A stretch of 19,714 nt of DNA, from assembly GCA_037442925.1 (NCBI GenBank), contig JBBIPG010000043.1:1-19714 (forward strand), given 5' to 3'. Both the position numbers and the translations under genes were made by a program. Source of the stretch: Candidatus Fraserbacteria bacterium (GTDB lineage: Bacteria > Bipolaricaulota > Bipolaricaulia > RBG-16-55-9). Below, one piece after another: positions 7,666-16,840 of the stretch (positions within the stretch are counted from its first letter, which is position 1; each line of letters begins with the position of its first letter). The notes beneath the pieces are model-generated. The model saw nothing but the letters and a program-made list of their open reading frames with translations. It had not been told where the DNA came from and searched no databases.

Positions 7666-9039
7666 TTAGAAGCTGAAGCAAATGACGAACTGGAAGCCCG
7701 GCACATCGACGAGTACGAGACAGACCCTGACTTGCAAGAAGGGCATGAGCGTCCCGGCGGGGAAGGTGATCACAAAGGGGTTAGAGGGCGGATTCCTCAG
7801 TGTGCTGCCAAGGAAGACGAACTCCCTCTGCCGCTCCAGTGTGCCATTGCCGTCAATGTCCAGCCGCAGATCGAATCGGATCTTGGTTGTGTTTTGGGAG
7901 ACGCCGATGATGTAGTCAATCCGGCCGCTCCTCACGGTGCCCTGAAGCACGAGCTGGTTGCCTATCGGCACAGGTACGATGCCCTGAGGGCTGACGTTGC
8001 CGGAGATCTGTTGATCCACGCTGGTAAAGAGCCCGTCGGTCTCCAAGCTGATTCGGAAGGCGTGGTCCGTGGTCCACGTGGGTGAACCCTGGACGGAGAT
8101 GCGGATGTGAGTGTTATCCACGGCATCTATGTGGAAGCCGGGCTGGCTAGGCACTGGGGGTGGAGGTGGCGGAGTGAGAGAGAACACCGTGACGAACTGC
8201 GATGTCGCGCTGGAAGCTCCACGGTTGTCCGTCACCGTCAGCGTTACGGAATATGTGCCGGGGAATGAGTAGGCATGTACGGCTGTAGGACCGAATGCGG
8301 TGCTGCCATCGCCGAAGTTCCAGATGTGGGAGACGATGAAATCACCCAGATCGGGATCGAAGGAGTTAGACGTGAACTGGATGCTCTGGCCGACAAAGGC
8401 CGTGGCCGTGCTCATGGTGAACTGCGCCACGGGAGGCCGGTTGACCGGCGGAGGAGGTGGCGGCGGTGTAGTTCCCACCACGGTGAAGCTGATGAAGGCT
8501 GTGGCGAGCTGACCCACAGCGATGATCCCCTGAACTTGCGGGTTACTCTGTACTTGTTGGGCAAACTGCTGGGGATTGGTGCAGAGAGTCGGGAACGGAT
8601 CGCCTGGGTTTGCCGGAGCATTGAAGATCTGGCTCAAATCTAGAGGCTGCAAGCTGGCAAACACTTGGACGAACTCTGTTCCCACAGGGGGCACCACTTG
8701 GAAGCGATAGGTGCTCCTGTCCGGCAGGGTGAAGGGTCCTACAGGGATCAAGGCGCTGGGTGAGAACGCATTGGGGAAGATGAGCGTGCATCGTCCTGCG
8801 GCATCGATGTCGACGACGTTGAGATAGACCTGGCTGGCGCTGGGAGCTGTGGTCTGGATGAAGAGTCGAATCTCCTCGCCCACGACATACGTGCGATCGG
8901 CTTGGTCCACGTTGATGGTCACTTGGATTTGGCTGGAAGGGGGCACGATGATAATCCCTTGGCCGGTCTGGGTGAGTCCGATCTGACCCAATCCCAGCAC
9001 GAGTGCCAAGAGTACTGCGAACAGACTGAACCGTTTCAT
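7666..9039 (-). CDS. Secreted DUF4384-like + PKD domain protein with Pro linkers and a C-terminal beta domain
   Basis: Signal peptide; YxVGEEI...YLNVVDIDAAG..LIFPN...GTEFVQVFAS (DUF4384-like); NRPPVAQF...WNFGDG...HAYSFPGTYSVTLTVTD (PKD); RBS GAGGAGGG. Confidence 0.88.
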   Translation of the reverse strand: MKRFSLFAVLLALVLGLGQIGLTQTGQGIIIVPPSSQIQVTINVDQADRTYVVGEEIRLFIQTTAPSASQVYLNVVDIDAAGRCTLIFPNAFSPSALIPVGPFTLPDRSTYRFQVVPPVGTEFVQVFASLQPLDLSQIFNAPANPGDPFPTLCTNPQQFAQQVQSNPQVQGIIAVGQLATAFISFTVVGTTPPPPPPPVNRPPVAQFTMSTATAFVGQSIQFTSNSFDPDLGDFIVSHIWNFGDGSTAFGPTAVHAYSFPGTYSVTLTVTDNRGASSATSQFVTVFSLTPPPPPPVPSQPGFHIDAVDNTHIRISVQGSPTWTTDHAFRISLETDGLFTSVDQQISGNVSPQGIVPVPIGNQLVLQGTVRSGRIDYIIGVSQNTTKIRFDLRLDIDGNGTLERQREFVFLGSTLRNPPSNPFVITFPAGTLMPFLQVRVCLVLVDVPGFQFVICFSF

Positions 9040-9061
9040 GTGTAGATCCCTCCTCTAAGGA

Positions 9062-9838
9062 TCACGATGTGCGGCCGCGGTCGGCGGCCAGTTGTCGGAC
9101 GATGGGTGCCCACTCATTGCCGGTGGTGTGGGCCTCGATGTACTGAATGAGCGCAGCGGGAAGCGCCTCGGCTCCAACGAAGGAAGGGGCACGCAGCTCT
9201 CGCATCACTTCGGATTTCATGCCGGCAACGTCGTCGAGTTTACGATCGAGCTTGCGCTCGAAGCGATCCAAGGCCACTGCCGTGGCTGTGATCACGGTAT
9301 CCACTCGACTGACGTTGAGCTCGATCTCACCCGCATCGGTTTGAATGACTTTCATGGAGACGTTCGGTTCCAAATAGATGCCTAAGCTGCGATAGACAGG
9401 GGCGACGCTCCGGATGAGTCGACTCAGGACGATGACCTCCTGAGCGGCCGTGTTCATGAACTCGCCCTTGACTTGCTCGCGGCTGAAAAGCTCGAAGACC
9501 CTACGAATCAGGAGTTCCGCTGGCAGATCGCTCTTGGCAGGGTTGATGATGGAGCCGATGGTCGTAAGCATGTTCTCAGCGGAGGTCTGATTGCTCGGGT
9601 TGATGCGATCGTTGACTTCCTGGAGGAGCTGCAACGCCCGACTGGCTTGAAGATGGCCTCGGGCGATCCCCGCTTGAAAATCCTGACACAATGTGCTCTT
9701 AAGTCCGGTCGAGATATTGAGAGTCCCTTCGATGTAGGTGCACACGTCCTGGGCGGTCTGTCCTGCGGCTGGGGAACTGAGCAAGAGCAGAAGTACGAGG
9801 ACGAGTGTGACGTTCATGGCACTTCGCTGGTGAATCAT
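9062..9838 (-). CDS. Secreted alpha-helical hypothetical protein
   Basis: Signal peptide ending AAG-Q; ATGA overlap with the anti-sigma stop; 258-aa ORF. Confidence 0.75.
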   Translation of the reverse strand: MIHQRSAMNVTLVLVLLLLLSSPAAGQTAQDVCTYIEGTLNISTGLKSTLCQDFQAGIARGHLQASRALQLLQEVNDRINPSNQTSAENMLTTIGSIINPAKSDLPAELLIRRVFELFSREQVKGEFMNTAAQEVIVLSRLIRSVAPVYRSLGIYLEPNVSMKVIQTDAGEIELNVSRVDTVITATAVALDRFERKLDRKLDDVAGMKSEVMRELRAPSFVGAEALPAALIQYIEAHTTGNEWAPIVRQLAADRGRTS

Positions 9839-10389
9839 GTTTGATCACTCACGTTCTTCACTTCTCGGACGGCGTTGACCGTGTTGTTGACGCTGCGGAC
9901 TAAGTAATCCGCGGCAGGGTCATACGCCCACCACTGGCCATCGATCTTGAAGCCGTATTCGTATGTTCGGGGTGGCAGCTTGAGGTTGATGTACCAGAGG
10001 CCATTGCGGCGCTTGAGGGGGATGTCCTGCCACTCTTTGTAGCCTTCGACAGGGTAGTCGATGGCCAGGGTCACCTCTTTGGCTTCCGGATTGAAAACCA
10101 CGAACTCTACCCCCTGGGCGCTTAACGGATTCGAGGTCCAATTGCCCACGAGAAAACCCAAGACGAAGAGAGCAGCGGCAGCAGCCAGCGCCCAGGCCGG
10201 TCGCAGACCCGGCGTGCCGAGCAGCCAGTCAAATCGTGTGCGGGAACGGCGTCTCTCTAGCTCGCGCATGACGTTGATCTCAAGCCGGGAGAGGCGTTCT
10301 TCCTCTCGAGCAACGGCCTGGGAGAGCCCCTCTCGAAGGAGCTTGCCCACCTCGTCATCGTGCAGTTCTTTGGAGTACTCTTCACGCAT
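9835..10389 (-). CDS. Putative anti-sigma factor with TM helix and extracytoplasmic CBM48/AMPK glycogen-binding-like domain
   Basis: Overlaps the ECF sigma stop; short charged N-terminal helix; Ala-rich TM; VEF...PEAKEVTLA...W..IPLK..NGLW.I.LKLPP.TYEYGFKIDGQWWAYDP...N matches the CBM48/E-set pattern. Confidence 0.8.
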   Translation of the reverse strand: MREEYSKELHDDEVGKLLREGLSQAVAREEERLSRLEINVMRELERRRSRTRFDWLLGTPGLRPAWALAAAAALFVLGFLVGNWTSNPLSAQGVEFVVFNPEAKEVTLAIDYPVEGYKEWQDIPLKRRNGLWYINLKLPPRTYEYGFKIDGQWWAYDPAADYLVRSVNNTVNAVREVKNVSDQT

Positions 10390-10930
10390 TGCCTTTCACC
10401 CCTCTTGCTTCTAGCCACTCTTTCAGGGCGAGCTTGGCTCGATGAATTCGCGTCTTGACCGTGCCTTCCGGCACGCTCAGAGCTTCCGCGATGTCTTTGT
10501 ATTCGAGATCCCCATAGTAGTAGAGGACCAACGGCTCCCGATATTTCTCATCCAACGACTTCAATGCCTCTTGGACAAGCGCTTGGCGTTCCTCATGCGC
10601 CACCTGCTCTGCGGGATCCTTCCCGCCCAGAAGGCGGGAAGCGTCTTTTAACGGAGCAAAGAAGCGCTCGCGCCTAAGTTTGTTCTTGCAGATGTTCGCC
10701 GTGATCGTGAAGATCCACGTGGAGAACTTCTTGCTCAAATCATAGCGGCGCAGGTTCTCATAGGCGCGGATGAAGGCGTCTTGGGCGGCGTCCTCGGCAT
10801 CGGGCGGGTTACCTAGGATGCCGAGTGCGATCCCGAAGACGGCTTCTTTGTAGCGGCGCACGATCTCCCCCCAAGCGTCCATGTTGCCTTGAAGCGCCTG
10901 CTGAATGAGCTCCAACTCTCCCTCACCCAT
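10382..10930 (-). CDS. ECF RNA polymerase sigma factor (SigW/RpoE-like)
   Basis: Region 2 DAEDAAQDAFIRAY...FSTWIFTITAN; region 4 YKDIAEALSVPEGTVKTRIHRAK; 182 aa. Confidence 0.95.
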   Translation of the reverse strand: MGEGELELIQQALQGNMDAWGEIVRRYKEAVFGIALGILGNPPDAEDAAQDAFIRAYENLRRYDLSKKFSTWIFTITANICKNKLRRERFFAPLKDASRLLGGKDPAEQVAHEERQALVQEALKSLDEKYREPLVLYYYGDLEYKDIAEALSVPEGTVKTRIHRAKLALKEWLEARGVKGNA

Positions 10931-10953
10931 CTGGATTCCTTTCGCCCTCCATC

Positions 10954-10979
10954 TACACCTACCTCCTAAGAAAGTTTCA
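10954..10979 (-). promoter_or_regulatory. Candidate autoregulatory ECF promoter
   Basis: TGAAAC-N16-TGTA ending 24 nt upstream of the sigma ATG; close to the B. subtilis SigW consensus TGAAAC-N16-CGTA. Confidence 0.6.
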
Positions 10980-11132
10980 CTCCGGAGTTTACCTTAACCT
11001 GACCTGACACTCATCACCCAACTCCCAGACAAAACGGCGAGAGGGGGCGAACGGGGGTCCTTGGGAGAAGGGGCCTGTTCCTCTACGCTGTATCACACGA
11101 GATGGCATGATCCGTGTGAATGAGGAGGTCGT

Positions 11133-12464
11133 ATGTTAATCCGCGCAATCTTGAAGAATGTATGCTACCATTTGACAAAACGCGCTCTTTGCCTTCTGCT
11201 GGGCTTGGGCATGACCTTCGCGCTTGCCAGCTGCACCTTTCTCAGTCAACTGCCCGTGGCCATTGCCATGGCTGCTCCCACAGCGGGAGAGGCACCGCTC
11301 ACGGTTCAGTTTGACGGTTCACAGTCCTTCGATCCCGATGGAACCATCGTCACGTTCTCGTGGGATTTCGACGATGGCAGTGCCGTGGCGACCGGACAGA
11401 CGGTCTCTCACCAGTTCGCCAATGAGGGGATCTTCATCGTCGTGCTCACCGTCACGGACGATAAGGGCGGCAAAGACAGTGATACGGTGTCCATTCAGGT
11501 CGGGGAGTCAAGCATCTACTTCTCTTCAAACAGGACAGGCAACTCCGAGATCTTCCGCATGGACACGGATGGCAACAACCAAGCCCAAGTGACCTCCAAC
11601 CCCAATAGCGACCGCTTCCCCAGCTTGGTGCCCAACACTCGAGACAAATTAGCCTTCACCTCCGACCGCGATACTCCTGGAGTCAATGACATTTTCGTCT
11701 CGAATCCCGATGGGACACTGCCCTCAAACTTGACGTCGGCTGCCCCTGCGAGCAATGAGATTCAACCTACGTGGTCGCCCGATGGTGCTTTTTTGGCCTT
11801 CGCCTCTGATCGAGTCGGCGGAGGAGTCTTTGAGATCTTCGTCATGACGGCAAGTGGGGTGATTGTAAGCGGTGGCGATCCGCTGGTAAGCCAATCTCCC
11901 AGCTACGCTGTCGCCCCCGCATGGAAGCCGGTCGTCCTCTCCGAAACGGCCACCTCCGAGACTCATGAACTGGTCTTCGTCCGCTTTGACCCTGGCACTA
12001 CCGATACCGATCTCATGAAGGTGCAATTCACGATCAACTTGACCACTCCGCCTACGATTACAGGGGTTACTGTCTCAAACCTCGTGGTTGATGCCGCGTT
12101 CAAAGACGGAGCGATTGACCCCCTGGGGGGCCTCACATCCACACCCTCGTGGAAGCCTGACGGGACCCGTATTGCCTTCACCCGCCAAGTCGCGCCGGGT
12201 AACTTGGACATCTTCACCCTAAAGTCCGATGGGAGCGACCTAAAGGGCCTCAACGCGGAGTGTTTCTCCGGCAACGCGGATCAGGCGGGATCGAACGAGT
12301 TTGACCCCTTCTGGATTCAGAACGGCGATATCGCCTTCACTTCGGATCGCACGGCCTCAGACCAGATCTTCAAGGTAGACTGCACCGCAGGCTCAGGCGT
12401 TGTCACGCAGCTTACGTCGCTGGGGGCGAATGTGCAGCCCGCAGGCGAAGAGAGGCAAAGGTAA
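11133..12464 (+). CDS. Lipoprotein with PKD domain and TolB-like (PD40) beta-propeller
   Basis: RBS GAGGAGG; lipobox LAS-C; PKD GEAPLTVQFDGS...WDFDDG...LTVTD; repeated PxWSPDG/IAFTSDR/EIFxM motifs. Confidence 0.9.
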   Translation: MLIRAILKNVCYHLTKRALCLLLGLGMTFALASCTFLSQLPVAIAMAAPTAGEAPLTVQFDGSQSFDPDGTIVTFSWDFDDGSAVATGQTVSHQFANEGIFIVVLTVTDDKGGKDSDTVSIQVGESSIYFSSNRTGNSEIFRMDTDGNNQAQVTSNPNSDRFPSLVPNTRDKLAFTSDRDTPGVNDIFVSNPDGTLPSNLTSAAPASNEIQPTWSPDGAFLAFASDRVGGGVFEIFVMTASGVIVSGGDPLVSQSPSYAVAPAWKPVVLSETATSETHELVFVRFDPGTTDTDLMKVQFTINLTTPPTITGVTVSNLVVDAAFKDGAIDPLGGLTSTPSWKPDGTRIAFTRQVAPGNLDIFTLKSDGSDLKGLNAECFSGNADQAGSNEFDPFWIQNGDIAFTSDRTASDQIFKVDCTAGSGVVTQLTSLGANVQPAGEERQR

Positions 12465-13917
12465 TCACGCCACCCAGATAGACCAGACTCAGATAGACAA
12501 ACCCGTCGCCCCAGCGAGTGTAGAGCGTCTGCCCGTCTCTGAGCTGGACGACACCTTGTAGAGTAGCTCGTTCCTCGATCTCTGTTCTGAGCAGTATACG
12601 GCCCTGCGGGTCGATGATGCCGGAGATGCCTGTATTGGCAGCTTGTACAAAATAGCGACCGTTCTCCACGGCGCGAAAGACACCCTTGGCAAAGTGTTGC
12701 GGCAAGGCCCAGCTGTTCCTAAACCAGGCATCGTTGGTGATCGTGACGATGAGCTCGGCCCCACGCTGAACAAAAGCCCGGCTGATCTGGGGGAAGATGG
12801 ACTCAAAGCAAATGGGGGTCGCAATCGTTCCCAGTTCTGTTTGTAACGGCTCGAAGCCCGTTCCTGGAGTGAGGGCTCCCAGACGTCCGATGGGAATCCA
12901 GCGCCAGAAGCCCAGTCGATCCAACAGCCGGATGCCGGGGAAATACTCCGTGCTGAAAGGCACGAGCTGTACTTTGCTGTACGTATCTACCACTTCACCC
13001 TGGGGCGAGAGGAACGCCACGCTGTTATAGATCTTCTGTGACTCGTACGTGTATGTGCCAAGCAGCAATGCCATCTGATTTGCTTTGGCCCATTCTGTGA
13101 AGACCTCTCGCACGGAAGGCTCTTGGATCACGAAGGCGGGCAAGATGGACTCCGGAAGAATCACCAGGTCATTCGCTTCGCTTTGTTGGCCGGCTTCATT
13201 GAGAAGCTGTCTATGAATCGCAACGAATTCATGTAGTCGGCTGGGGTCGCTGCGCATGCGCTGTGGGATGTTAGGCTGTATCAAGCTGATATACACTTCG
13301 CGTCCTCGGTGCAGGGGGCGCTCCAGCGCGAGCCAGCCCCAGCTGAAGACCAATCCCACAAGTGCCAAGGCCATTAGGGGGTAGCGCCATTGATGATGCT
13401 TGATTCCTAAATAGAGCAAATAACTTGTCAGTACGACGAGGAACGAGACTCCCCAGGAACCCGTGATGGAAGAGAGCTGAACGAAGGGGAGCTGCTGATA
13501 GAGCGCATCGGCTACTTGTCCCCATGGGAAGCCGAAACGGGTGAGTGAGCGGATGAATTCCAGCGATGCCCAGAGAGCTGGCACAGCGATGATGACCATC
13601 CAGCTGGGGAGCCGACGGTTGAGGAACGAATAGAGTGCACCGAAGACTCCCCAGTAAAGAGCCAGATAGCCGATCAAAACGAAGTAGCCAAGGAGGATGA
13701 AAACGGATGCCCAGTCCCATAGCGTGTACAGCCAGTAGAGTAGCGCCCCAAAGTAGACAACACCTGCAAACCAGCCGATGAGAAAAGCCTGTTTGGGGCT
13801 TCTGCCATCGAGAACTCCAAAGAAGGGGATAAGCGCAACCCAAGCGAGCCATCCCCAATTGGGTCCGGGCATGCTCAAAGCCAGCAGCAGGCTCGAGGCG
13901 AGTAGTGCGATGATCAT
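12412..13917 (-). CDS. lnt: Apolipoprotein N-acyltransferase
   Basis: Start moved to ATG 13917 (ATGA overlap with the upstream stop); multiple TMs, GFPW, QPNI, catalytic Glu (PES), Lys (YSKVQLVPF), Cys (ICFES), TNDAWF, RAVEN, ANTGIS. Confidence 0.95.
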   Translation of the reverse strand: MIIALLASSLLLALSMPGPNWGWLAWVALIPFFGVLDGRSPKQAFLIGWFAGVVYFGALLYWLYTLWDWASVFILLGYFVLIGYLALYWGVFGALYSFLNRRLPSWMVIIAVPALWASLEFIRSLTRFGFPWGQVADALYQQLPFVQLSSITGSWGVSFLVVLTSYLLYLGIKHHQWRYPLMALALVGLVFSWGWLALERPLHRGREVYISLIQPNIPQRMRSDPSRLHEFVAIHRQLLNEAGQQSEANDLVILPESILPAFVIQEPSVREVFTEWAKANQMALLLGTYTYESQKIYNSVAFLSPQGEVVDTYSKVQLVPFSTEYFPGIRLLDRLGFWRWIPIGRLGALTPGTGFEPLQTELGTIATPICFESIFPQISRAFVQRGAELIVTITNDAWFRNSWALPQHFAKGVFRAVENGRYFVQAANTGISGIIDPQGRILLRTEIEERATLQGVVQLRDGQTLYTRWGDGFVYLSLVYLGGVITFASLRLRAAHSPPAT

Positions 13918-14519
13918 AGCCAAAGAGCGAGCCCTGCGGCGACCAATCCCAGAAGGCCGATGAAGCGAATGTGCTTCAGATTCATAGAAAGGCGTCTCAA
14001 GAGCCAACGATGAGCTAAAATGATAAGGAACATGAGAATGCCCGTCAAGGCTATCAGACCTAGGGCGTACGCTACCAGCTGCAGGAGGCCTGACCAACCT
14101 CCTACGGAGGCGCTGGCGCTGAGAGTTGCAAAGTAAGGACCACAGCTGACAAACCCCAGAGAGTATGCCATACCCAAAATGAAATCCCACCACAGCGCAG
14201 ACCTACGCCGGATGGGTGTAAAGAATGCGAGAAGCGCCACGAAGAGAAAACCCGCCGCAGCGAAATCGAGCGCTCTTGCCAATTGAGCTGGATTCGGCGG
14301 GCCCATCACAACGGGTAGTATACCGGAGACGGACAAGACGAGAAGGAGGCCTCCACACGTGAGCGTTGCCCACTCCCAGGGTTTTCGTACGGTTACAGCA
14401 AGAAACGCTAAGCCATACGATACCAACGCCAGAACCATGACCCATCCGCAGGGCTGAGCGCCAACCGTGACGAATGGAGCTGTGAAGGCCCACTGAATCA
14501 TCCACTCATTCATGTTCAT
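13914..14519 (-). CDS. CcdA/DsbD-beta-like membrane protein (divergent)
   Basis: About six TMs; intramembrane Cys motifs AQPCG and VSCGPY plus LVAYALGL, resembling CcdA SPC / PCxGP / YxLG. Confidence 0.6.
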   Translation of the reverse strand: MNMNEWMIQWAFTAPFVTVGAQPCGWVMVLALVSYGLAFLAVTVRKPWEWATLTCGGLLLVLSVSGILPVVMGPPNPAQLARALDFAAAGFLFVALLAFFTPIRRRSALWWDFILGMAYSLGFVSCGPYFATLSASASVGGWSGLLQLVAYALGLIALTGILMFLIILAHRWLLRRLSMNLKHIRFIGLLGLVAAGLALWL

Positions 14520-14532
14520 GAGCGTCCGTCAT

Positions 14533-15276
14533 TCATCGCATGTAGATCCCGCCGTTGATGTTGATCGTCTCGCCGGTGATGTAGCTTGCTTGCTCAGAGC
14601 AGAGAAAGGCGATCACAGAAGCGATCTCTTCGGGGCTTGCCACGCGCCGTAAGGGGATCTTTGTCCGAATCTGCTCGCCCTTCTCTTGCAGGGCTTTGCG
14701 GTTCATTTCGGTATCGGTGTAGCCGGGCGAGACGGCATTGACGGTGATCTCCGGCGCGAGTTCCAGGGCCAGCGATTTGGTCAAGCCAAGAAGACCAGCC
14801 TTGGCTGCGGCATAGTGCGCTCCGTGATCCGAGCCGGTCATGGCGCGGAGCGAACAGACGTTGACGATGCGACCCCAGTTTGCTCGCTTCATGTGGGGCA
14901 CGCTGGCACGAACGCAATAGAACGCTCCATCCAGCGTAACGGCCATCATCTTGCGCCACTCTTGCCGGGGGAGCTTGTCAATGGTGCCATGTGAGGAATA
15001 GCCCGCGTTGTTCACCAGAATATGCAGTCCGCCCAACACCGTCACGGCCTCATCGATCATGTGCTGGACTTGTTCATAGTTAGAGACATCGGCCTGGATT
15101 GCAACGACTCTTCGTCCTAGGGCTTGAATCTGCTGCGCTACATCACGAGCGCGTTCAGTTTGTGAAAGATAATTCACGACGACATCGCAGCCGTCTCGGG
15201 CGAGCCGGAGGGCTGTAGCTGCGCCGATGCCGCGACTTGCGCCCGTAACTAGTGCAACTCTCCTCTTCGCGTTCAT
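14533..15276 (-). CDS. Classical short-chain dehydrogenase/reductase (FabG-like)
   Basis: [36 protein letters not shown]; start placed at ATG 15276 ([10 protein letters not shown]). Confidence 0.93.
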   Translation of the reverse strand: MNAKRRVALVTGASRGIGAATALRLARDGCDVVVNYLSQTERARDVAQQIQALGRRVVAIQADVSNYEQVQHMIDEAVTVLGGLHILVNNAGYSSHGTIDKLPRQEWRKMMAVTLDGAFYCVRASVPHMKRANWGRIVNVCSLRAMTGSDHGAHYAAAKAGLLGLTKSLALELAPEITVNAVSPGYTDTEMNRKALQEKGEQIRTKIPLRRVASPEEIASVIAFLCSEQASYITGETININGGIYMR

Positions 15277-15283
15277 CCGCGGA

Positions 15284-15313
15284 ATGGTACGAGAACTTCT
15301 GAGGAGGGCGCAA
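15284..15313 (-). promoter_or_regulatory. sigma70-type promoter for a probably leaderless SDR mRNA
   Basis: TTGCGC-N18-TACCAT with 7 nt between the -10 and ATG 15276; no SD sequence in that gap. Confidence 0.5.
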
Positions 15314-15395
15314 ACCGCAATCGCCATGCTTGACGGACACCCACGCAATCTGGTTCAATAATTCGCACAAAACACTCACGGAGCAGGAGGTTCCC

Positions 15396-16769
15396 ATGCC
15401 TATTGCGACAGAGATCAACTGGAAGAAGTGCGGGGAAGAAGCGACGAAGATCCTGTCAGAACTCTTGCAGATTGACACCACCAATCCACCGGGCAACGAG
15501 CGCCCGGCGGCCGAGTACCTCCAGAGGTTCCTAAAGAAAGAGGGCATCTCTTCGGAGATTTTGGAGAAAGAACCGGGACGGAGCAATCTGCTGGCACGCA
15601 TCAAGGGCTCGAACCCCGGTCCTACGCTGATGCTTCTCTCCCACACGGACGTCGTACCCGCCACCAATCCCAAGAACTGGAAATACCCGCCATTCAGCGG
15701 CGCCATCAAAGACGGCTACATCTGGGGCCGCGGCGCGCTCGACATGAAATCCATGACGGCCATGCAGGCTGTGACCTTCGCGCTGTTCAAACGTCTGAAT
15801 CTGAGTTTCTCGGGAGAGTTGATCTTTCTAGCCGTAGCCGACGAGGAGAAGGGAGGAACATACGGAGCGGCATGGCTGGCTGAGAAACACCGAGACAAAG
15901 TCCACGCGGACTATGTCATCAACGAGGGTGGCGGAATGCCTTTGGAGCTGAACGGGAGAGTCTTCTATACCATCGAGACGATGGAAAAGGGTCTCTTCTG
16001 GGTCAAGGTAAGGGTCAGGGGAACAGCAGGCCACGGCTCCATGCCTCACGATGACAATCCACTCGTCAAGAGCGCGCGCTTGATCGACCGCATCGCTCAG
16101 CATAGATTCCCCAAGATGATCTCACCTTCTTTGCGTACGTTCTTTAAGAGGATCGCCCGTGCCTTGGATGCTCCAGGGCGCAAGGCGATCCAGACCATTC
16201 TTTCTGAAGGCATAGAAAGCGACCTCAAGCCGCTGCTGGCTGGCACTCCGCTCGCTCCTCACATGGTGAATGCCTTCATCCGCACGACGTGCTCGCCCAA
16301 CATGATCCATGCGGGCCTTAAGGAGAACGTCATTCCCGATTCGTCGGAATTCGTGCTCGATTTTCGCTTCGTGCCCGGCTTCTCCCGCGAGCAGATCCAG
16401 AGAACTCTGGAGTCGTTCGCGCAAGAGCTGGGGATCGCTATCGAGATCGAGACCCTGCAATTCCACAACGTCTCCGAATCGCCCAGCCATACAGAGCTTT
16501 ACAGGATCATTGAAGAGACGGTGCACGAGGAGATGCCGGGCGTGGAGGCTGTGCCGTATCTCATGACGGGTGCTACGGATTCTCGTTTCTTCCGCGAGAG
16601 TGGCTCTCTGGCATATGGATTCCAGCCTCTGTCCACCCAGATGAGCCTCTCCGAGCGGAATCTGCTCATTCACAACGACAACGAGCGAATCGATGTGGAG
16701 AGCCTAGAGCTGGGAGTAAAGCTGCTCACCAAAGTGGCGATGAAGACTCTGAACGCTCGAGCTTCATGA
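15396..16769 (+). CDS. M20/M25/M40 family metallopeptidase (ArgE/DapE-like)
   Basis: RBS AGGAGG before ATG 15396; SHTDVVP, GRGALDMK, DEEKGG, NEGG, GHGSMP, GATDSR, HNDNERI. Confidence 0.93.
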   Translation: MPIATEINWKKCGEEATKILSELLQIDTTNPPGNERPAAEYLQRFLKKEGISSEILEKEPGRSNLLARIKGSNPGPTLMLLSHTDVVPATNPKNWKYPPFSGAIKDGYIWGRGALDMKSMTAMQAVTFALFKRLNLSFSGELIFLAVADEEKGGTYGAAWLAEKHRDKVHADYVINEGGGMPLELNGRVFYTIETMEKGLFWVKVRVRGTAGHGSMPHDDNPLVKSARLIDRIAQHRFPKMISPSLRTFFKRIARALDAPGRKAIQTILSEGIESDLKPLLAGTPLAPHMVNAFIRTTCSPNMIHAGLKENVIPDSSEFVLDFRFVPGFSREQIQRTLESFAQELGIAIEIETLQFHNVSESPSHTELYRIIEETVHEEMPGVEAVPYLMTGATDSRFFRESGSLAYGFQPLSTQMSLSERNLLIHNDNERIDVESLELGVKLLTKVAMKTLNARAS

Positions 16770-16840
16770 CATATTGGCTTCTCTATGATTCGCATTTGCG
16801 TTTCGACAGACTCCTTGCTACCCTGCGCGCGGTCTGAGGG

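Noticed and set aside
13918..14193. 92-aa N-terminal extension of Lnt
   Set aside because: It overlaps the CcdA-like gene; ATG 13917 gives ATGA coupling and a typical Lnt length of 501 aa.
15277..15395. Longer overlapping starts for the SDR (15348) and M20 peptidase (15330)
   Set aside because: They would overlap head-to-head across the divergent promoter region; family motifs and the RBS support 15276 and 15396.
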